This document shows positions 41,891 through 51,942 of a stretch of DNA of 64,000 bases, one piece after another (the first letter of the stretch is position 1; every line of letters starts with the position of its first letter). The notes below the pieces were generated by a model. It saw only the letters and a program-made list of their open reading frames with translations, was not told the DNA's origin and made no database searches. Source of the stretch: Chlamydiales bacterium (lineage in GTDB: Bacteria; Chlamydiota; Chlamydiia; Chlamydiales; JAAZZY01); contig CBDBKM010000008.1 in the NCBI GenBank assembly GCA_965206695.1, positions 1-64,000 on the forward strand, written 5' to 3'. A program made the translations under genes and the position numbers.

Positions 41891-43050
41891 AAAGAAAACG
41901 TAAAATAATCAAACCCGATTATGCTACATTATTAGCTCATCTGATCATCCATTTTAGAAAGTATAATCCTGTAAAGGGTAACAGCTATGAAAAACCCTTA
42001 GATCGACTATTAAATTTAGAGTTTCAACAAGCAGCTCAACTGATCGCCCGTATTGAAAAAACAGGTCTTGGCTTAATTAATAAAGATAACCGATTTTTAG
42101 GTGCATATCTACTGTATCAATGGATCAAACAGTACGCTGCCGGGCTATCCCTTTTATCTGAATTACCCGATGAGCCTCAAAAAGTCTTAGATCTTTCATT
42201 TGGAGCATCCCCTTTTTCTTTAGCAGCGTGTCAACATCGCGCCTATGATGTCTCTTTATGTAATAATAGAGTTGACCATATGGAACTGGCAGCCGGTATC
42301 TGTGGAAAGGAAGGACATACGCTATCGATTCGAAAATGGGATTATCACCCTAGAACATTTCCTCTATCAGGGCAGTTTGATGTCATCATTTTAGGCCATA
42401 CGCTTTCTCAGCTTTATGATGCTGATGATCATAAACAAAAAGAACTTGTTTTACATCTTTTTAAATATCTATCAGCCGATGGTCACATTTTAATAGTTGA
42501 AGATTCCTTTAAAGAAAATAATGCCCGTATCTTACAACTTCGTGATCAATTAATCGAAAAGAATGTCAAGGTTCAGGCCCCTTGTTTTTTTAAAGGTGCA
42601 TGCCCTGCCTTGAATAAAAATCAAGTTTGCTTTGCCCAAAGACCCTTTTCTCCTCCTAAACTTCTCAAAGACTTAGAGAGAAAAGCTTCTATTAAATCGG
42701 ATTCTATTAAAATCTCTTATTTACTACTAAAGTATCCAAAGTCTGATAACCCACACTTCATCCAAAATAATCTTTATCGTGTTACAAGTACGGCAATGGA
42801 TAGTTATAATGGCATCCGATTTTTAGTTTGTGGTCCTCATGGAACCAAATTCCTACAGTCCCATTTTAAAAATCATCCTCAAGAATCCATTGCTTTTCAA
42901 TACTTACGGCGAGGGGATATTATCTCTATTGAAGATGCCTTATCTGATAATCAGCATCTTCGTGTAATTGAAGGAACCAAACTCAAATTAATTGCTCCCG
43001 TAGGAAAGCCGGTGCCTGAAACCCCGCTTGCTGAAATGCATTATGAATAG
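41887..43050 (+). CDS. Rsm22/METTL17-like SAM-fold protein
   Basis: AYLLY, VLDLSFG, LIVE, APCFFKGACP...VC and LVCGPHG cysteine pattern. Confidence 0.72.
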   Translation: MKRKRKIIKPDYATLLAHLIIHFRKYNPVKGNSYEKPLDRLLNLEFQQAAQLIARIEKTGLGLINKDNRFLGAYLLYQWIKQYAAGLSLLSELPDEPQKVLDLSFGASPFSLAACQHRAYDVSLCNNRVDHMELAAGICGKEGHTLSIRKWDYHPRTFPLSGQFDVIILGHTLSQLYDADDHKQKELVLHLFKYLSADGHILIVEDSFKENNARILQLRDQLIEKNVKVQAPCFFKGACPALNKNQVCFAQRPFSPPKLLKDLERKASIKSDSIKISYLLLKYPKSDNPHFIQNNLYRVTSTAMDSYNGIRFLVCGPHGTKFLQSHFKNHPQESIAFQYLRRGDIISIEDALSDNQHLRVIEGTKLKLIAPVGKPVPETPLAEMHYE

Positions 43051-43090
43051 CTTGGATAATATGACACGAATCGTCATCATAAGTATCTTT

Positions 43091-43227
43091 CGGGAGTTTC
43101 GCACAATAAAAATGCGTTATTAAAATATTTTTTCATCAACAAAATCGGGAAATGATAAGGCCCGCTATTAATTTAAATATGCAAAATATTTTGACTATGT
43201 GTTAACATCCATGTGTGGAATTTTCGG
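43091..43227 (+). mobile_element. MITE derived from the second IS701-like family
   Basis: Internal part matches 13565-13635 and the reverse complement of 51447-51520; ends resemble CAGGAATTTCACGC. Confidence 0.6.
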
Positions 43228-43484
43228 TGGTTTCTGATAAGTTTTTTCGGAATAATATAGGAGTGAGCAGATGATTAGAGGACTTTTAAAGCGAGCTAAA
43301 TTGATACAACTTTTATTACGCAACAAGCCCTCTTCATCAATCGGTAAAAGATTTCTATCCTCTCTTACAACTAACAACATACCACTTGTCGTCTTAAAAC
43401 TCCCTTCTCAGAATAACAACAATTTCGAAGTATAAGTGAAAAGGGCATCAAAAATTAAAATAAATTTTAATTTATTTTTAATCG

Positions 43485-44777
43485 TTATATCATATGTATA
43501 AGAAGATAAGCTATAAATCCTGCTATATAAGCCAGGAATGCGGTTAGGCTGATTTTTTTAAAATACCAAAAGAAATCCACTTTCTCCATACCCATCAACG
43601 CTACTCCTGCCGCTGAACCAATGATTAGAATACTACCGCCGGTACCTGCACAATAAGCAATCATTTCCCATAATTTGCAATCAATCGGGTAGAGATGAAG
43701 ATCATACATTCCCATACAAGCAGCGACTAGAGGCACATTGTCAATAATCGCTGATAATAGCCCTATAAAAGTTGCGAGTGCTTCAGCATTTGACATATGA
43801 GCATCGAGCCAAATAGCAGCCGATTTTAACAAACCTGCGGACTCTAAAGATTTTACAGACAATAAAATACCTAAGAAAAATAAAATTCCCGTTGTATCAA
43901 TTTTTGTTAAGATATGAGGCATACGTAAATGGTCTCGCCCCGGTTTATTATGATGCAACAAATCTGTAATAATCCATAAAGCACTTAAGCCTATTAACAT
44001 CCCCATAAACGGGGGCAAGCCTGTTAACGCTTTTAAAATAGGTACAAAGGTTAAAGCTAAAAGGCCGACATAAAAAATCATCCTTCCCTTTGGCTCTAAC
44101 ACATCTAGCTCTACAATTCCCTTTTGTATTTTAGAAGAAGGATGCCTCCGAAGTTTTAGACTTTGGTAAGATAAAGCTACCCCTAAAGATGCTAGGCTAG
44201 GAATAAAAAGAGCCCTCATAATAGAGAAGGAACTAATTTGACCATTGATCCACAGCATCGTAGTCGTAACATCACCTATCGGTGTCCAAGCTCCGCCCGC
44301 ATTAGCTGCGATAACTGCCATACAACCAAATAATACTCTCTCGCTTCTATCAGGAATCAATTTTCTTAAAAGAGAGACAACAACAATAGTCGAAGTCAGA
44401 TTATCTAACACTGCCGACATAAAAAAAGTTAAAATCCCGATAATCCAAAGAAGCTTCCTCTTAGAATGGGTATTTATAAAATCAGTAATTATTTGAAATC
44501 CTTTATGAGCATCAACAATTTCTACAATTGCCATGGCTCCTATTAGAAAAAAAATAATTTGAGAGACATCCGCCAAATGATGGCCCAAAATACGTAAATT
44601 TTCATCTAAAGGATACGAGCCACCTACAAAATAAAGTGTCCAGCAAACAACGGCTACAAATAACGCAGCGCATGCTTTATTAATTCTGAAGAAGTGTTCA
44701 CAGGTGATAAATACATACCCTATGATGAAAACGAAAAGAATTGCGAGATTGGTAAAATTGATTGTATCCATATTCAA
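43485..44777 (-). CDS. nhaD: Na+/H+ antiporter NhaD family
   Basis: IVEIVDAH.GF, LDNLTS, ANAGGAWTPIGDVTT, IDNVPLVA, GTGGS. Confidence 0.93.
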   Translation of the reverse strand: MNMDTINFTNLAILFVFIIGYVFITCEHFFRINKACAALFVAVVCWTLYFVGGSYPLDENLRILGHHLADVSQIIFFLIGAMAIVEIVDAHKGFQIITDFINTHSKRKLLWIIGILTFFMSAVLDNLTSTIVVVSLLRKLIPDRSERVLFGCMAVIAANAGGAWTPIGDVTTTMLWINGQISSFSIMRALFIPSLASLGVALSYQSLKLRRHPSSKIQKGIVELDVLEPKGRMIFYVGLLALTFVPILKALTGLPPFMGMLIGLSALWIITDLLHHNKPGRDHLRMPHILTKIDTTGILFFLGILLSVKSLESAGLLKSAAIWLDAHMSNAEALATFIGLLSAIIDNVPLVAACMGMYDLHLYPIDCKLWEMIAYCAGTGGSILIIGSAAGVALMGMEKVDFFWYFKKISLTAFLAYIAGFIAYLLIHMI

Positions 44778-45406
44778 TATAAAACTGCCTTAAGAGGCCA
44801 AAAATAGGGGGTAAAAAAAGTACATACTACGATTAAGATTACAGTTAAAGGAATAGCGATGCGTACGTAGTCCGTGAATGTATAACCCCCGGGGCCATAG
44901 ATTATAGTGTTTGTTTGATAACCGATAGGTGTTACGAAAGAATAACTAGCGGCAATAGCAATGATCACTCCTATAACTTTGATAGAAGTCATATCAATAT
45001 AACCTGCTGAACGCCCAACCTCAATCGCTAATGGGAAAATTATCAGTGCAGCGACGTTATTTGTTATCGTTTCGGTAACACCCGGAGTAATAAAAAAAAA
45101 TCCTCCAATAAATAGGTGAGGATGGTTGCCAATCGCAGAAATAATATTTCTACTAAGCATTTGGGTAATGCCCGATGACATGATCGCATAACTTAATGAA
45201 AAAGTATTGCCAATGAAAATAAGAGCCGCGAAGACAGCAATAAAAATGGCAAGTGTCCACCAAGTAGAGCATCTGAGTCCCGACAAATTGAAAGTATCTA
45301 AAAGAAAATTGTGTGCAGATACATGTAACCAATCTCCTGCGATAGACCGGAAAACAGCCATCGTGAAAAACAGAGTAAAAAGAAGAAAGCGAACTTTTGT
45401 TAACAT
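44774..45406 (-). pseudogene. SLC13/TrkA-C-type anion permease with a large internal deletion
   Basis: C-terminal TNNVAA...ASYSFVTPIGYQTN..YGPGGYTF.D fused to a short N-terminus; 210 aa against about 590. Confidence 0.7.
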
Positions 45407-45578
45407 GTCATGATTTTTAAACTTGATAAACTATTTATTATAAAGCGCCAAAGATTGTAGCTAATCATTCATTGATTGTCAGTATGAAAAAAATATAGCT
45501 TGTTAATCCAAGATGTGGTGGTTTTTAATATATCAATAATTTAATTTTAATTTTCCTCCTTATTATTTATAAAATTCG

Positions 45579-46166
45579 TTGCAAAAAGTCTTTATTTTTT
45601 TATACTCACATATGGAACCTTATATCAAAACATATAGCTCTATAGCACCCAAGCTTTTAAAAAAAGCTCTTTTTCGTGGTATTATCTTAGCTTTAACGGG
45701 CATGATGCTTCTATTTGCTACAGGCACCTTTTTGAATATTAAGCAATTGGAAATATGGGGCTTACCTATTTTTATATTAAGCTTTACTCTTGTTGTAATC
45801 GGCTTGCTTCCTTATAAACGATTGTTAAAAAAAGAGACTGTACCCGATACAATTCTATTAAAAGAGACAGTTATTCAGTATCAAAAAAATCGAGATTTGC
45901 TATTAACGATCCCTATATTGGCTATAAAAAGAATCGCATATAAGGATATAGGTAATGGGTATGGTATTGCTTTTTGGTTTACAGATGAAAAAAATAAACC
46001 TATGCGCTATCATCAAAAATTTTTAAAATTAGAAAAATTATCCCTTTTAGCTAATAATAAATTTGCATGTGATGTGTTTTTGCCCTATTTCACAGAAAAA
46101 TCTTGTAAAGAACTAGAATCATTTTTAACAGCTCCCAACGCTAAAGCAAAGGGTTTTCTCGCTTAA
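45579..46166 (+). CDS. Hypothetical two-TM membrane protein; last codons derive from an IS605 end (ATG at 45612 is an alternative start)
   Basis: Two hydrophobic helices; the tail PNAKAKGFLA is the IS605 LE hairpin. Confidence 0.7.
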   Translation: MQKVFIFLYSHMEPYIKTYSSIAPKLLKKALFRGIILALTGMMLLFATGTFLNIKQLEIWGLPIFILSFTLVVIGLLPYKRLLKKETVPDTILLKETVIQYQKNRDLLLTIPILAIKRIAYKDIGNGYGIAFWFTDEKNKPMRYHQKFLKLEKLSLLANNKFACDVFLPYFTEKSCKELESFLTAPNAKAKGFLA

Positions 46167-46171
46167 TTGTC
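46133..46171 (-). mobile_element. Minimal IS605 left-end remnant between convergent genes
   Basis: TCCCAACGCTAAAGCAAAGGGTTTTCTCGCTTAATTGTC|ATAA, matching 1885-1927 at all but one base. Confidence 0.85.
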
Positions 46172-47129
46172 ATAAGCCGGACTGTAAAATATCGTGCATT
46201 TTGATAAGCCCCATAACTTGATCTGTTTCATCAAGAACAGGCAAAACCGTTACAGGGCTTTTTTGATCCGCTTCCATTAATTTCATCGCTTCAGTTGCCA
46301 TAGCTTCAGGAGAAATCGTTTTTGGTTGTTTCGTTGCCAACCCTTTAATAGGCTGATTCAAGACATCAACACCTTGATTTTGCAAAGCTCTTCTTAAATC
46401 GCCATCAGTAAAAATACCCAGCAAATGATTACTTTTATCAATTAATAAAAGACAACCACAACGTTTGTTAGAAAGTTCTACTAACATATCGATCAATTTA
46501 TCATCAGGTGAGCATGTGGGTAGGACCTCTCCTGAAATCATTAAATCTTTAACTTTTAATGTAATTCTTTTTCCTATCCGACCTGCGGGATGATTCTCTG
46601 CGTAATCTTCAATACTAAAATTTTTCTTTTTCATTAAAGCAACAGCTAAAATATCCCCGAAAATAAGTTGAACAACCGTGGAGGTTGTTGGTGCTAAATC
46701 AAAAGGACAAAGTTCCCTTTGAACAGGTAGATAGATGGACTTATCACATGCTTTTGCTAAACGACTATTTTTCTCAGAGGCCAGCGCAATAATGAATGCG
46801 CCCTTATTACGGATATAAGGAATAAGATGAAGTAATTCATCTGTTTCACCACTTTTACTAATCAGAATAACAATATCCTTAGCAGTAACAATACCTAGAT
46901 CTCCATGTAATATATTTACAGAAGTCAAAAACAAAGAGCGAGTACCGGTTGATACCATTGTGACAGCAATTTTTTCAGCAATAATCCCACTTTTCCCAAT
47001 GCCTGTAAAAAAAATTTCCCCTGAACAGTTATATAGTATTTCGATAAGCTTTTCTACTTGTTGTAGATCAATATGATCGAAGAAATAATTCAAATACTTT
47101 CTTTGCTCTTTAAACAAATCTTCTAACAT
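46170..47129 (-). CDS. kdsD: Arabinose-5-phosphate isomerase (KpsF/GutQ)
   Basis: GIGKSG, HGDLG, SKSGET, APTTST, HPAG, CBS pair. Confidence 0.95.
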   Translation of the reverse strand: MLEDLFKEQRKYLNYFFDHIDLQQVEKLIEILYNCSGEIFFTGIGKSGIIAEKIAVTMVSTGTRSLFLTSVNILHGDLGIVTAKDIVILISKSGETDELLHLIPYIRNKGAFIIALASEKNSRLAKACDKSIYLPVQRELCPFDLAPTTSTVVQLIFGDILAVALMKKKNFSIEDYAENHPAGRIGKRITLKVKDLMISGEVLPTCSPDDKLIDMLVELSNKRCGCLLLIDKSNHLLGIFTDGDLRRALQNQGVDVLNQPIKGLATKQPKTISPEAMATEAMKLMEADQKSPVTVLPVLDETDQVMGLIKMHDILQSGL

Positions 47130-47313
47130 TCAATGTATACCATATAAAGACTTTCATAAAATTATTTAATTATACATTTAAAATTCCTTGAAGTCTTCAA
47201 AAAAATGAACTATAAGTTTAGGTTTTATTTTTTAAATGAACCGCTGTTTGAGAATGATAAAATGAATCAAAATAAGCTTATTTCTTAGTAAAACTCCCTT
47301 GAAGGAATTATGC

Positions 47314-48528
47314 ATGTCTAAAATAAAAGTGAAAAATCCAATTGTTGAGATTGATGGCGATGAAATGACGCGGATTATTTGGCAGATGATCAAAGATCAA
47401 CTAATCCTCCCCTATCTTGATATTGATTTAAAACGTTTCGATCTTAGTATAGAAAGTCGAGACCAAACAAATGATCAAATCACCATCGATGCCGCTAATG
47501 CAATTAAAAAATATCGCGTCGGAGCTAAATGTGCGACCATCACACCGGATGAAGAAAGGGTAAAAGAATTTAATTTAAAAAAGATGTGGCGCTCTCCTAA
47601 TGGAACCATACGAAATATCTTAGGCGGTACAGTCTTTCGCCAACCCATACTTTGTAAAAATATTCCAAAACCGGTACCAAACTGGACAAAACCAATTATC
47701 ATCGGTCGTCATGCTTTTGGCGATCAATATCGGGCTACAGACTTTATTATTCCCGGCAAAGGAAAGCTCACAATGACCTTCACTCCTGCTGACGGTTCTA
47801 AGCCTATTTCATATGAAGTCTTTGATTTTCAAGATAAAGGCGTTGCTATGTCTATGTATAACCTTGACGAATCGATACGAGGTTTTGCAAGGGCTTGTTT
47901 CAATTATGGGTTAGAATTAAAATGGCCGGTCTATTTGTCTACTAAAAATACTATTTTAAAAGTCTACGATGGACGCTTTAAAGATCTTTTTCAAGAAATA
48001 TACGAAGTCGAATTTAAAGATGCTTTCGAAAAAACAGGCATCCATTATGAGCATCGACTAATCGATGATATGGTTGCTTGTGCTCTTAAATGGAAGGGTG
48101 GTTACGTGTGGGCCTGTAAAAATTATGATGGCGATGTACAATCTGATATAGTAGCACAAGGTTTTGGCTCCCTCGGACTCATGACAAGTGTCTTAATGAC
48201 ACCTGATGGCAAAACCGTAGAGGCTGAAGCTGCTCATGGAACGGTTACAAGACATTTTAGACAATATCAGCAAGGGAAAGAGACTTCTACCAATCCTATG
48301 GCTTCTATCTTTGCCTGGACCGGAGCTCTTGCTCATAGAGGCAAGTTTGATAATACACCTGAGGTCGTCGATTTTGCAGAAAAACTGGAAAAGGTATGTA
48401 TTGATACTGTTGAAAGTGGCGATATGACTAAAGACTTAGCTCTCCTAATCGGCCCGAACACTCAATGGTTAAATACGCAAGGTTTTTTAAATAAAATCGA
48501 AACCAATTTCAAAAAGGTTCCGGGATAA
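47314..48528 (+). CDS. icd: NADP-dependent isocitrate dehydrogenase (subfamily II, eukaryote-type)
   Basis: [43 protein letters not shown]. Confidence 0.97.
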   Translation: MSKIKVKNPIVEIDGDEMTRIIWQMIKDQLILPYLDIDLKRFDLSIESRDQTNDQITIDAANAIKKYRVGAKCATITPDEERVKEFNLKKMWRSPNGTIRNILGGTVFRQPILCKNIPKPVPNWTKPIIIGRHAFGDQYRATDFIIPGKGKLTMTFTPADGSKPISYEVFDFQDKGVAMSMYNLDESIRGFARACFNYGLELKWPVYLSTKNTILKVYDGRFKDLFQEIYEVEFKDAFEKTGIHYEHRLIDDMVACALKWKGGYVWACKNYDGDVQSDIVAQGFGSLGLMTSVLMTPDGKTVEAEAAHGTVTRHFRQYQQGKETSTNPMASIFAWTGALAHRGKFDNTPEVVDFAEKLEKVCIDTVESGDMTKDLALLIGPNTQWLNTQGFLNKIETNFKKVPG

Positions 48529-48560
48529 TTGCAGTTAGCTAAACTGTAGACATCTACGGT

Positions 48561-49766
48561 TTAGCCTCTCTTTTCTAAAATTTGTTTCAAAAGGTTCAAG
48601 AAGCCGGCACCGTACATTCCGTCGATAATACGATGATCAAAAGTCAAAGTAATATTGACCACACTTCTTACTCCAAAAGTATCATCTTCTAAAACGGCAA
48701 CCTTTTTATGAATAGCTCCAATGCCAACAATCGCAACTTCAGGATTTCGAATGATTGGAATGCCTATTAAGGTTCCTGACATGCCAAAATTTGTCATTGT
48801 AATGGTTCCTTTAGAAACATCATCCTGAGTCAATTTAGCGGATCTGGCACGAGAAGACAAGTCTGCTACGTTACCGGCAAGGCTTATTAAATCTTTTTTA
48901 TGACAATCTTTAATAACAGGTACAACAAGCCCTTTCTCTAAGCTAACCGCAATACCTATATTGATAAAGCGCTTAATTACAATCGTATCTTCTTCTAACG
49001 AGGCGTTAATGATCGGAAATTGCTGTGCAGAAGAGGCAATCGCTTCAAGAATATAGCTTGTAATCGTTAACTTATACCCATGCTCTTTTAAAAATGCTTC
49101 TTTATTGTTTTTGATTAATTTAACTATCGATGTTACATCAACCTCAGCAATTAACGAGGCATGTGGAGCTTCATAAAACGATTTGACCATATTATCTGCG
49201 ATCGCTTTACGAATCCCTGTTAATTTCATTAATTCAATATCTACATGATCATCCTTAGGAATGAGATGAGACCCTATTTCTGATAGTGAGGTGGGTTTAG
49301 AACACATTCTTAAAGAGATGAGATCCGCAACATCTTTTTTGGTTACGCGTCCACCCGCCCCGGTCCCGGCTATTTTAGATAACTCCTCTAAAGGTATTTT
49401 AGATTCCCTTGCCATATTTAAAACAGAAGGAGAGAAAAAATCTTTTTTCTCTTCTGACTCTACTCTCAAATCGACTTGAGTAGATATATCGTTAATTTGT
49501 ACAGACTGTTCTTCAGATAATGCTTGAAGCTCAATTAATGCCAAAGGCGCCCCTACATCTGCTTCTACATCAACATCAACTAATATTTTTGAAAGAACCC
49601 CTGAGACAGGGGAAGGAATTTCACTATTTATTTTATCGGTAGAAACTTCTAAGAGTGCTTCATCTTTACCTATATGATCGCCTACTTTTTTTAACCATTG
49701 CACAACGCGAGCGTTAACAATACTTTCTCCAAGTTTAGGTAATTGAATTGCAATTAAATCCGCCAT
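48561..49766 (-). CDS. sucB: 2-oxo acid dehydrogenase E2 dihydrolipoamide acyltransferase
   Basis: Lipoyl EVSTDKI, GTGAGGRVTK, TFDHRIIDG; substrate specificity uncertain. Confidence 0.88.
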   Translation of the reverse strand: MADLIAIQLPKLGESIVNARVVQWLKKVGDHIGKDEALLEVSTDKINSEIPSPVSGVLSKILVDVDVEADVGAPLALIELQALSEEQSVQINDISTQVDLRVESEEKKDFFSPSVLNMARESKIPLEELSKIAGTGAGGRVTKKDVADLISLRMCSKPTSLSEIGSHLIPKDDHVDIELMKLTGIRKAIADNMVKSFYEAPHASLIAEVDVTSIVKLIKNNKEAFLKEHGYKLTITSYILEAIASSAQQFPIINASLEEDTIVIKRFINIGIAVSLEKGLVVPVIKDCHKKDLISLAGNVADLSSRARSAKLTQDDVSKGTITMTNFGMSGTLIGIPIIRNPEVAIVGIGAIHKKVAVLEDDTFGVRSVVNITLTFDHRIIDGMYGAGFLNLLKQILEKRG

Positions 49767-49835
49767 AATATAAGATCCGGTAGTTTTTTTTTTGAAAATT
49801 AATTATATAAATAAATTAGATTAATTTAAGGTTAA

Positions 49836-51071
49836 TCACACATCGCTTTCTTCAATTCCTTTAATAAAAACTTGATTATAACGATCTTCATCTAGCTCGC
49901 CTTCTGTTTTAGCAACATAAACGGCTACAACAGCATCTCCGGCAATATTTACCACAGTACCCACCATATCTCTTATTCTATCAATACCAAAAAGAATCGC
50001 TATTCCTTCTAAAGGAAGCCCTACAGAATTTAAAACAATAGATAAAAGAATAAAACCGGCCCCCGGAATACCCGCTGTTCCGATAGCAGACAAGGTTGCA
50101 GTTACAACAATCATTATAATATTTGTAAGTCCTAATTCTATATCATAAGCCTGAGCAATAAAAAGAGCTGCTACCCCTTGAAATATTGCTGTGCCATTCA
50201 TGTTAACGGTTGAGCCTAAAGGTAAAATAAATCTGGCAATATTTTTAGATACCCCTAGGTTTTCTTGTACACAATGTAAACTCACCGGCAGAGTGGCACT
50301 ACTGCTACTGGTGGAAAAAGCAAATGCAAAAGCATCTACCATACCTTTAAAAAATCTTATAGGATTTAATCCGGCCATAACAATCAGGATAAATCCGAAA
50401 ACGAGAAAAAATTGCGCCCCATATGCCAAGAAGATAACCCCTAATACCTTTAATAAAGGAAGCAAAATGGCAAACCCAAATTCCCCTGCTACAGACGCCA
50501 TAATAGCAAAAACTCCGATAGGAGCAAATTTCATAACCATATTGGTAAGGGTAAACATTACCTCAGCCGTAGATTCTAAGAAATTTAATAAAGGCTTCGA
50601 CTTATCTTTAGTAAACTGAATAGCCAGACCTAAGAAAATAGAAAAAACAATTACTTGTAAGACATTACCTTGAGAAAAAGAGGCAAATATATTTCTGGGA
50701 ACAATAGTAAACAGTGTTTCAGATAGTTTTGGAATTTCTCTTACACCATCAATAACTTCTATTGTCGTTAAACCAACTCCAAGCCCGGGCTTAAACAAGT
50801 TAGCAAATATAAGTCCAAAAAGAATTGCAATAGCTGTTGATACAATATAAAGCATAATTGTTTTGAAGCCAACTCGACCTAGCTTCTTTGGATCATCAAT
50901 ACTTGTGATACCAACCGTCATTGAAGAAAAAATCAATGGAATAATTAACATACTTATCAGGCTTAAGAACAGGCCGCCTATAGGTTTTAAAACTTCCGCT
51001 TTAGGACCAAGAAACACCCCCGTGACTGTACCTAAAAACATACCTATCAAAATTTTCATCCATAACTTCAT
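49836..51071 (-). CDS. gltT: Dicarboxylate/amino acid:cation symporter
   Basis: STSSSSATLP, NMNGT, IDRIRDM; start MKLWMK after a GAGGAG RBS. Confidence 0.92.
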   Translation of the reverse strand: MKLWMKILIGMFLGTVTGVFLGPKAEVLKPIGGLFLSLISMLIIPLIFSSMTVGITSIDDPKKLGRVGFKTIMLYIVSTAIAILFGLIFANLFKPGLGVGLTTIEVIDGVREIPKLSETLFTIVPRNIFASFSQGNVLQVIVFSIFLGLAIQFTKDKSKPLLNFLESTAEVMFTLTNMVMKFAPIGVFAIMASVAGEFGFAILLPLLKVLGVIFLAYGAQFFLVFGFILIVMAGLNPIRFFKGMVDAFAFAFSTSSSSATLPVSLHCVQENLGVSKNIARFILPLGSTVNMNGTAIFQGVAALFIAQAYDIELGLTNIIMIVVTATLSAIGTAGIPGAGFILLSIVLNSVGLPLEGIAILFGIDRIRDMVGTVVNIAGDAVVAVYVAKTEGELDEDRYNQVFIKGIEESDV

Positions 51072-51426
51072 AGCAGTTCTCCTCTTGGTTGATTCAAATA
51101 ACTTATTTAGTGTTTTAAAGAGAGAATTAGAGAGGATCCGTAGGATCAAATATCCTATTGTAATTAGAATAAGAAACAGATTCTTCACAGGAGAAAACTA
51201 GTTCTCCGTTTCTTAAATAGGAGCATATTTCACAAGACTTTTTCTTATTTTTAATCAAAATATTTATATGATTTATTTTACAACTACACGAAGTATAGGG
51301 AAGTTTGGCTAAATTTGCAATAAAAAAACTATTTTAATCGGTAGTGTGAATAAAGTTCTTTAATAAAAACATTTGAAATATCAATGAGATCGGCTAAAAA
51401 AACTTACTAAAATCAAGAGTTTTAAT

Positions 51427-51900
51427 CAGGAATTTCACGCGTAAGCGTTAACACATAGCCAAAATATTTTTCATATTTAAAGTAATAGCGGGCTTTATCA
51501 TTTCCCGATCTTGTTGATAAACAGATATTTTATCTCGCCTCCTTTGCTTAAATTTGTGTAACCAAGCATAAATAGACATAAAAATATGATTTCGTTACAC
51601 TCGTGCGTTACGATACTGCCGGCGCTTAGGGCCACGAGTTTGTTTCAATTCCCTATGATAAACTTCTGTTTTCCAACGAATCTTTATGATTTTTTCAACG
51701 TCATTACGACTAGGTTCTTCAATATTTAGTGACCACATAATCAATGCAACCATTTTTAGCCGAAAACTTGAAAGCCGTAATAAAACCATAACCGCACAAG
51801 TGAATGCTTAGTCCTTCATACGGAATATCCGAATCTGCCGAACTTACATTGCGATTAACTTTTTTATTTTTACGCAAACCGATGACAAAATTTAACCCTA
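51427..51900 (-). mobile_element. IS701-like (second type) 3' remnant with right end
   Basis: KIRWKTEVYHRELKQT...NHIFMSIYAW; end CAGGAATTTCACGC. Confidence 0.78.
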
Positions 51901-51942
51901 TCTACTGATTTAAGTTGAAGAATTGATTTTTGCAACTAAACA

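Noticed and set aside
50191..51201. + strand ORFs of 142 and 112 aa, and the extended gltT start at 51188
   Set aside because: Antisense to gltT; the RBS supports a start at 51071.
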